Assembly: GCA_001643675.2 (NCBI GenBank)
Contig: LSRY02000024.1
Span: forward strand, 558,001-622,000
DNA from: Monocercomonoides exilis PA203
Lineage: Eukaryota; Protista; Preaxostyla
DNA length: 64,000 nt
Direction of reading: 5' to 3'
The notes below the pieces were generated by a model that worked only from the letters and a program-made list of their open reading frames with translations, made no database searches and was not told the DNA's origin. The stretch's first letter is position 1. Each line of letters starts with the position of its first letter. Position numbers and translations under genes: made by a program. Shown piece by piece: positions 54,786 through 64,000 of this stretch.

Positions 54786-57700
54786 CGATGATGATGAGAA
54801 TGAAATAGAAGGGATGAGGAGCCCGAAATATTATGAGAGTTTTGACGATGGATCAGAAGCGAATGAAGGAGACGAATCTGGAATGCATTCATCAACTCAT
54901 CTTCTGAGAGCACCTGAAAGAGATTCTTCATCACGCTCCAATGCTAATTCAACTAATACCACTTCTTCTTCTTCTTCTTCTTCAAATCCAAATCCAGATC
55001 CAAATCCAAATCCAGCCAATACTTCTTCGAGCAATCTTTTCCAACCACTTGGCTCAACTGATTCTGCAACTTCTCAAACTGGAAGCCAACCTCAAGAACA
55101 GCCTTTCATGATGCATGCTCCATTTATACAATTTATGCCTAACCTCCTGCAGGGGCAGCAGGCTCAGCAGGCTCAGCAGGGCCGTGCTTTTACAGAGGAG
55201 GAATTAGACGTATGAATCATTTTCACATAGTTTTTTAAAGGAATAAATTTTTTCCATTTTTTTATCGTTTTGCAATGTTTGATTTAATTTAGGTTATTGA
55301 CGAACTTTGCCAATATGAATTTTCTCGTGAAGAAGCAGAGCTGGCTGTGCGTGAGGTGGGAACAGATATGGAAACAGTTCTTCCTTGGATCACGGAGAAG
55401 CATTTTTCGAATCAATAGAATTTTTTATTTGTTTTTGTTCATTCTTGTGGGTGAATTTAACACTTTGTTTTTTTGTATATGTCATGAATTTATTGACTTA
55501 TTGTGTTTTTGCAAATTTGATAAAAATTTGACGCGGAATATTTTTACAGTTTATTTTTTTAAATTTTTTATTTTTTTTTTCTTTAATGGAGGACTTTGTA
55601 TTTACAGAAAGTCTGTCATCGTTTTTAGAAACAAAGTTTTATAGAGATAACATTGAAGTTGCAAAAGCAAAGTGTGAATTTTCAAATAATTCTTTGGTGA
55701 TAAAAAAATTATTTGTCAGCCCCAATTATCTTGATGTCATTTGGAAAAATCTTTCCAAAAGCAGAGACATTACGGAATTTGTTCATGCCATGAGCAGTGT
55801 TAACGTTATCATTAAAATTTGCTCTGGATTAAAAACAGAATCTGAAACAGAATTTATAAATCAACAGTTTTGCCAGAGATGTTATTCAATTCTTCACAGA
55901 TGTCTGATTGTACTTGGAGCTGAACTGCAATCGCAAAATACTGAATTTCGTCGAGGTATTGTTTTGCTTGAGCTTCTTTTTTTAATCGCTTACAGCTTTT
56001 TCAATTTGTTATTTTCTCAGTTGCCTTTTCGTTCAAACTTATGAATGGAAATATGGAATGATTGCTTGTGATGGCTTTAAAAAGAATAAAAAATCTGAAT
56101 TTACAGCCAAGCGTCCAACTCAAAGAACAAAAGAAGATGAAAGAGCTGGCGAATGGGGAAAGAAAAAGGGGGCGTTGCTGAATCAGATCACAAACAGAAT
56201 CGGAAGCATTGAAGATACGGATGATTCCTTTGTTCGCTGGAAATTGTTTGATGTGATTGTGTCAACTCTATTTCAGCTTCTTGAGTGGAAATGGAATGCA
56301 TCGGTTTGCCTCAAACTTTTTTCTTGTGTTGATATTGTTCAAAGAAATCCCCTTTTTGTGTATTGCTTTTGACTGAAAATGACAAAATATCGTTCCGCTA
56401 GCAAATAGATAGTCAATCATTTCAGTCACAAAACTCGTTTTCGACTCATCTTCTACTGAAATATCTGATTAGACAACTTCTTGAATCACCTTCTTTTCAC
56501 GCAGACACCGAGATTCGGATTGTTCGATTAATATTGACACACAACAGGCGAGTCATTCGTCCTCTTCTTTCGAATCCTTCTTCTTCTTCTTCTTCTGATT
56601 CATCAAGCTCAATCTCTTCTTCTTCTTCTTCTTCTTCTTCTTCTTCTTCTTCTTCTTCTTCTTCTTCTTCTTCTTCTTCTTCTCAATCTCTTCTTCCAGC
56701 CACATTATTACCCCAACAGCTCAAGATTCGCACTGACATTCCAAATTTCTTTGTGTCCTTCGGATTTGAGCTGATGGGAAGCGGCTTTTCGCGTCTTTTG
56801 TTTGTTCTTCTCAGCTCGATGCTTTCGTATCTGAAGGCGAATGCATCAGGAGAAGCTGAAAAGGAGAAAAGAGGAAGAAGAGGCGCAGGAAGCTCAACTG
56901 ACATTGAACCTACTGGTGTGTATTGAGAAGAATGTTTGAATAGCGATTGAATGATGAATTGAAAGCGTTGCGAAAACAGAAAAAAAATATTAAAAATTTA
57001 ATTTTTGCTTTTGGAAAGCCATATTTACGCTTGTTGCCTTTTTTTATGATATCTTTGTGTTTGATTCATCGAGAAGACAATTTCATTTCATTTTTTTTTC
57101 TAATTTTTCTTTTCTTTTGTCGAAATTCTTAAACAGCCATTGCAATCCGCTTCCTTCTGAGTTCGTTTGAAACTGAGCCAAAACTCATAACATTGTTCTT
57201 TCCGAATGTTCTTCGCCTTCTTCCAGCATTCGACCAGAATCATTCAAAAGTTAAGGAAAGTAATCAGCTTTCTGCATCAGATGACAGCTCTTCTTCTTTT
57301 ACGAGCAAATCAAAGGTAACTTCACCTTCTTCTTCTTCCTCTTCCTCTTCCTCTTCCTTTTCCTCTTCTTCTCTTCCTCGTAGTGTAGTCGTAAGGTTTG
57401 TAGTGACAGTGATTGGGATGGCATTGAAACAGCAGCTTTTGAGTCGGAGAATGGAAGACAACTGGAGTTGCAATTGTGGATGGGAAGTGAAGAAAGAGGA
57501 GAAAGAGAAAGAGAAAGAGAAAGAGAAATTGGTGAAAGAAGAAGATGATGATTCGGAAGATGATAATGAAACTGAAGAAGAAAAAGATAATGCTGCAAAA
57601 AGGAATTTGAAGAAAAAGACAGAAGAAGAAGAAGAAGAAGACAAAAGAATAAAATCCAATGAAACAAATGCAATTGATTCAGAAAGCAAAGCAGAGCAAA

Positions 57701-60700
57701 TTACAAGTCGAACAGCCATTTCTTCAGAAGAAAAGCTCAATCCAAACGAAATGGCAACAAACTCTGAAATTTTAGAGAAGCCAAACATCAACCACAAAAT
57801 CTATCAGGAGTGTGAAAGACTCATCAAAGAATACAACGAAGGAGCAAAACTGCTGTCAGAATTTCATCTTCTTCTCGACGTCGACCAATGGGAAGTAACA
57901 GCTCCTGTGAAGATTGATTCTTCTTTGATTTGCCATTCAACTTCTGAAAAGAAGAAAAAAAAGCATTTGTTTAAATCGTCTTTCACTAACAAACAAGCTT
58001 CATCTTCTTCATTTTCTTCATTTTCTTCTTCTTCTCCTCCTTCTCCTTCTTCCTCTCCTTCCTCTCCCTCTTCCTCTTCCTCTTCGATCTCTTCCACTCA
58101 CAACTTAACTGGCTGCTCCAACGACTGCTGTTTTGTGCTTCTTTCCTCTTTTCTCTCTTCGAAGGACTCATTCGTAAGAACAACAGCAGCTGAATGGATA
58201 TACAAACTTGTCGTTGTTGCTTCTTCGCCTGTTTCTTCTCTGAATTCGCTTTCATCATCATCTTCTTCATCGTTGTCTTCTTCCTCTTCTTCTTCTTCTT
58301 CCTTTCCAATTTCTTCTTCTTCTTCTTCTTCTTTTCTTTCTTCTGATTCATCTTTTGTGTCTTTGAAGTTTCTAAAACTGCATTGTCTTCTTCTGTTGAG
58401 ATGTATTCAGCAACTTATTCTTCCTTTCTCTTTCTCTTCTTCTTCTTCTTCTTTAACAAACATTTCTTCTCTATCATCATTATCATTATCTTCTTCTTCT
58501 TCTTCTTCTTCTTCTCATCAATCTTCATTCGTTTCAACCAAAAAGGAGAAGTATTTTGGAGTGCTTCTTCTTCATCATCTTTTGTCTATCAACATTTTCT
58601 CTTCACATTTGGATATGATTTTTGCTTCTGCTTCTTTTGAAAGGGTTTGCCGGCAAAAAAGAGCATTTGATGTTGTTGAAGGATGGATGAAGGAGAAATG
58701 GAAGGAAAGAGAAAGAAAGAGAGAAAAAGAGAAAGGAAAGGAAAGAGAAGGAAAAAGCGAAAGAAAGAAAGAGAATGAAAATTCTTATGAAGATAACGTT
58801 GCTAATGAAGAGAAAGACAATGATAAAGATAAAATGGAAGAAGAAGAAGAAATTGATTCGGAGAACGAAAATGATTCGCATATTTCGAATTCAGAGGAAG
58901 GAAGAACGATAACTGATGATATCGAAAATAACAAAGAATTTGAAAAGGAAATGGAAAAAGAAAAAGAAAAAATAGAAAGTGATGAAAAAGAAGGTGATAA
59001 CGATGACAAACAAAAAGAAGAAGAAAATTCAAAAATTTTTCATTCAATTCCAGAAACAGAGACGTTTGATGAGTTTGTAGCTTCGATTCGAAACAGTCCT
59101 CTTTTAACCCAAACATTTTTGTTATCAACAGCTTCAGCCGATCAACTTTCTTCTCATTCTTCTTCTTCTTCTTCTTTCTCTTCTTCTTCTTCTTCTTCCT
59201 CCTCCTCCTCTTCTTCTTCTCTTCCTCTTCATCATCAAATTAATAATAATAATAATCAACAAAAAGAACAAGAAAAAGAAGCGAAAGAGCAACCAGCAAA
59301 AACGAGGCAAGTTCAGCTTTCTGTTGAAGAGGCGATTGAAAGAATTGTGTTCATTGCTTTGCATTTGCTGGAGGGCAAGCAACCAACTGGAGATGAAATG
59401 AAGGAGTTTTTGGAACATTCTTCTGTTTCTTATTCATCATCATCATCATCTTCTTCTTCTTCTTCTTCTTCTTCTTCATCCGCTTTATCATCTCAATCCT
59501 CACATTCAGAAGAAACACTTTCATTTTCATCATTTTCATCGTCGTCGTTTTCTTCTTCTTCTCTTCTCCTTTCCTCAAACTTCATTCGCCCTCTTCTCCT
59601 TCTCAGCTTTTCTCAAAGAGATTCAGTAACGAACCGCTTTCTTTCACTTCGTTTGCTGACTTTGTTTATTTCGACTCTTCATTCATGTGTGCTGCCACTG
59701 TGTTACGCGATGCTCTTTCCTTTCTCAGCTTCTTCAATTCAATCTGAAATGAATTTAAGTTCATCATCATTGTCATCGTCGTCACCTTCTTCTTCTTCTT
59801 CTTCTTTGATTTCTTCTTCTCTTCAGCCTTCTCCACAGCACAGCATATACAGTTCCTTTCAGATTGCTTCATTAGCAGAGACACTTTCCAGTGTGACTGA
59901 AACAAAAGAAGAAGAAAGAAGAAGAAGAAGTAGAATGCAAAGCAACATGAGTGGAATCGGAAATGGAAGCGAAAAAATGCAAAATAAAGCGAATTTCAGT
60001 GAAGGAAGCAGAGAAAAGCAGATCACAGCTGTTTTGATGGACTGTCTTGTTGCTCTTTTGAGTGGGAAGGCGAAAAGCGAACAAAAGCAAGAAGGAGAAG
60101 AAGAAGAAGATGATGATGAAATTTATTCATTGGAAATGGAAAATGCAGATGAATTGGATGAAGACGAAAGGGGAAAAGGGAGAAAGAAAAACAAAAAAGA
60201 AATCGAGAAAAAAGGTAAATCCAAAAAGAAGTTTGGATTTAATGGAGAAAAAGCAAATATTCCTCGAAAAAAAATGAGAAGGACGAGAAAAAGCAACAAA
60301 AAAGAGAATGAAGATGATGAAGAAGAAGAAGACGATGAAGCAGAAGAAAAAGATGAGGAAAACAAAGGAGATGAAGATGAAGATGAGGATGAGGTTTATG
60401 AAGAAGGTTCCAACGAGACAAGCGATGAATCATTTGATGAGTTGAATGAAAAGCGCAAAAAGGAAAAGGGAAAGAATAAGAAAAAAATGAATGAAAAGCA
60501 ATCTTTGTTGTCTAAAACTTCTGTTAAAAGTCAAACAGCTGACGCTCAAAGCTGTCTGAGCACTTTGCGTCTCGACCCGCAAATCATCAAAACAGCGCTG
60601 GTTTCTTCATCGACTTCATCTTCTTCTGTTTATTCTTTTTCATCATTTTCGGAGAAATCGGAGAATTCGGAGATTCCTTTTGCCTTCTCGTCCACAACGC

Positions 60701-63700
60701 AAAGGCTGTGGAATGCAAATGCTGTGTCTGTGATGCGCTGCAGATGCTTAGACTTCGATTCGCCACTCCACACAGCAGCAAATCTGGCTGTTGTCGGTGA
60801 ATTGTATGCTTCATGTGAATAAGAATTTTTTATTTTTTTCTTTTCTTTTCTTTTCTTTTCTTTTCTTTTCTTTTCTTTTCTTTTCTTTTCTTTTTTCTTT
60901 TCATTTTTCAATGTGTGTATATGTACTTTGCAGTCTTTTTTTTGAGAGGGTACATCTTTTGGATGCTTTTTTATAGTAAACTTGTCAATCAACATAATTT
61001 TGGATTTTTTATTTCACTCTTTTTTTCACTTTCTGTTTAACATTCAATTAACAATTTTCAATACTCATTTAACACACAAATGCAGATTGTGCACAGATGA
61101 GCCGCTTTCTTCGGTGCAGCATTTGTTTCGCGCACTTCTTCTTCCAAAGGAAATGATGAATACGTCAAATCTTCCTTTTTTGACTCTTTCTTTTGTTAAC
61201 TCTGTAGTCAGTGAGCTTTTGTCGCTCTCAACTGTAACTTCTTCTCTTTTTTCTTCTTTCTACCAAAATTCGAATCAAAGCAGCTTTTTATTGTCTTCTT
61301 CTTTTTCATCATCATCATCTTCTTCAATAATTTCACGCAATTCATCAGAATTCTCTTCATTTTCGTCATTTTTGAGCCAAGTTCTGACTTTTGTTGCGCA
61401 TTCTCCTTTTCTGTTGCCTGATAGCCATCCATTTTATTTCCTTGCTGCAAATCCTTCATGTATTGCTTCTCTTTCTTCTTTCTCCTCCTCTTCTTCCTCT
61501 TTCTCTTCTTCTTCTTCTTCTCTTCAATCATATCCATTTTTTCTTGACTGCATCAGTCGGATTCGAACTGGAAGCATTCGAGCTCTTTGTGGGCTTGTTC
61601 ATCCGCTCACATTTGAAGTGTTCTCTTCTCATTTGGCTCAATCAAAAAATTCAAACATTTTCTCTTCTTTCTCTGCATCTCAGCCTTCTTTGAATCATTC
61701 TTCCATTCTTTCGAATAGACAAAATAACGAAATTACTTCAAAGCAAATTTATTCTGCTTCTGCTTCTTCTTCATCTTCATCTTCCTCCTCTTCTTCAGTT
61801 CTTCCTGTTCCACTTGCTTCGAATCAACCAGAAATTAGCACTCAAACGAATGAACATGCTTTTTCCGACGTGTTTGCAGCCTTCACATCATCAATCGAAG
61901 CAACCGTTGAAGCTGAAGAAGCCAAAGAGTCAATTGCAGATTTCCTCATCCTGTTTCGACTTCTTTGTCCAATGGAGACTATTATGAATGCCTCAAAGCA
62001 GAGAAGCAGAAGGAAAGGAAACAAAGCAAGTGAGCCGAAGCAAAGGAAACAAAATGAAACTTCTGTTGAATCAACAATATTTTTCACGTCTTCTCAGATG
62101 GCAGATGCAACTTCTGTGTCTTCTTCTCATTCAGAATTTGGTTCTGATGTTTATCCTATCAATTCCTTTGTATCGTCCACATTGATGGAATGGGGCTGTG
62201 ATCTTGTGTTGGCTGGCGTTTCGCTTGTTCCACTGATATTCGCTCTGAAGCTGCCACACACAATTCTTGCTTCTATTCTGTCTGCTTTGGTTGAGCGAAT
62301 CAAGCCGTCTGTTGCAGAAAAAAGCAGCATGACAATTGATGAAGGATTAAAGCCGTTTTCAAAAATGAGTTCTGAAGAAACTGACTATTCTTCGATGACT
62401 TCTTCCTCTTCTTCTTCTTCTATTTCTTCGAGTCTCTCTGTTCCATCTGTCCCAACGCAATTGTCAGTTACCGAACGTATTTCGCGCTTCTTTACGTTTC
62501 TTTTCGATTCCTTTGAGGCAATTGGTTCTTTCGCACAGAAAGAAGGCGAAAAGGCAATTCGGATGAAACTCGATGCTTCGGATAAATACAACAGAAATAT
62601 GAGCGAAAAAACAAAAGGAAGGAATGAGAAATTATCTAAGGAGAAAAAAACAGAGAAAGAGCTGGAAGATCGAGAAAACAATGAAAAGCAGCAGAACCAG
62701 GAGGACGAAGAAGAGAACGAGGAAGAAGGCGACTATTTGAGAGAGCACAACCAGCGGGAGACACTGCAGGCGATGCTGAATGTGGCGGTATCTGATGCTG
62801 TATGCAACGGATGGCTCGGCACAAAAGTACTTCAATGGATTGAGAAAACATTGAGCACCCTTTCTGATAGAATGGATGAGATTGCGAAAATGCACAGTGA
62901 AAATGGTGAAACAAGGAAAAATGAAGATGATTCGATAAATACAAATGAACAATTGCCTCGTGACGAACAACCAGCAGCAGAGTCTATTAATTCTGATGTT
63001 CCCGAGCAGAATTCTTCCTTTTCAACTTCTCAAATTGAACAAAGTGCTGCTTCTGAGAAAAAAGGACCAACGAAAAAAATTGAAGAAAATGAATGGAGTG
63101 TGCTCTGTTTCTTTAGCAGCTGTGCTCTTTCTGTTCTGGGTGTGCTGTGCAGCTGGAGCACGTCGCTGGCACATCAATACATCTGGATCGTTTCGAAGAT
63201 TCTGACACATTTTCGAAATGAAGTTACAATGTGGTCTCAAAAGCAACCCATGGCAAATGCTACAACTTCGTCGCTGCCTTTGACCATTCAACAATACTCT
63301 GACTCAACATCTGGAAATCAATTTGCTTATATTCTTCCCTCTTCTCTTGTCTGCTGTGCAGTTTATGTGGCTGGCGAGCTGTGCTGCATCATTCCCAACG
63401 AATCACAGCCACTTATTGACCAGCTGCTGTGGCTGATGACACACTCTGAGGCAGTCATCTCTTCTTCCGCAGCAGAAATTATTCGAAAGATATCAGTGAA
63501 GCAGGAAAGAAGTGGAGAAACGGATTTCAAAAATGTATATTCGACTGAAAAATTAGAGAAAGGAACAGAAAGTTCAGAACAAAAAGATTCAAATTTAAAG
63601 ACGCAAAGAATTGATAGCAGCTTTTCAAATGATGGAGTTTCGATGACTGTCATGCAGAAAGATGCGAATTCAAATTCTTCTTCCAACATCTTACTTAATG

Positions 63701-64000
63701 GCTCAACGAAAAAACAGTATGTTTTCAATTCTTCCATCCAATCTGTTGTTCTGTGCCATTCCCAATTGCGAGAAGCACCTTTTCTCGTTGTGTCTTCGCT
63801 GCTATTGAGTGGAAAGCTAAAAGGGATGGATTCCACTCTTGCCCTTTCACGTTGTCTTATTCCGTGCAGATTTGTTCGGTTTCTGACAAATAATTCAATC
63901 AATTCTTCACATTTTGCTAGAAATTCGGAAGATGTCTTATCTTTGGCACTCTACAGTCAAGATTCATCTTCTCTGCCTTTTTCTCCTTCACCTGTGCGCT
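53267..64000 (+). CDS. Very large multi-exon protein with N-terminal ubiquitin-like domain, UBA domain and long helical/low-complexity region; 3'-truncated by the window
   Basis: Spliced exons 53267-53324, 53398-53535 and 53595-53851 give QRVIYEGMILSAGFLADYGIQNGSVLYV (UBL). The exon from 55293 gives VIDELCQYEFSREEAELAVREVGTDMETVLPWITE (UBA-like). Further exons link the ORFs at 55586, 56058, 56534 and 57193, and an open frame runs from 61086 to the window end. Confidence 0.8.
54451..54546 (+). repeat. (TCT)n encoding poly-Ser
   Basis: Pure triplet run in coding exon. Confidence 0.9.
60836..60897. repeat. (TTTTC)n microsatellite in intron ~60803-61085
   Basis: Direct repeat seen. Confidence 0.9.

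Overview
Eukaryotic, AT-rich, intron-rich protist DNA using the standard genetic code (genes end in TAA, TAG and TGA). Short GT-AG introns, very long poly-Ser/poly-Glu coding tracts, a giant GGA(I)-repeat receptor with a kinase remnant and the 'LTRLAYQSAW' family point to an oxymonad of the Monocercomonoides type (inference from sequence style, not a database result). I rebuilt spliced models by hand for a sugar-porter MFS transporter, a BAR-like protein, a coiled-coil protein, a GlfB-C-like protein, a ~5750-aa LRR protein with a 15-kb exon, two head-to-head paralogs (one intact, one disrupted), an acidic hypothetical protein, and a >10-kb UBL-UBA-helical repeat gene that runs off the window. 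Three genes are intronless: a secreted Cys-rich protein and a PB1/His-rich protein sharing a motif-dense 250-bp divergent promoter, and a 2.5-kaa receptor-like pseudokinase. The best non-coding leads lie in the 21-26 kb gene-poor stretch: a ~200-nt structured RNA-like island, a ~240-bp MITE-like inverted repeat and a decayed GC-rich coding island. Most short ORFs in the track are antisense or off-frame shadows of microsatellite-rich exons.
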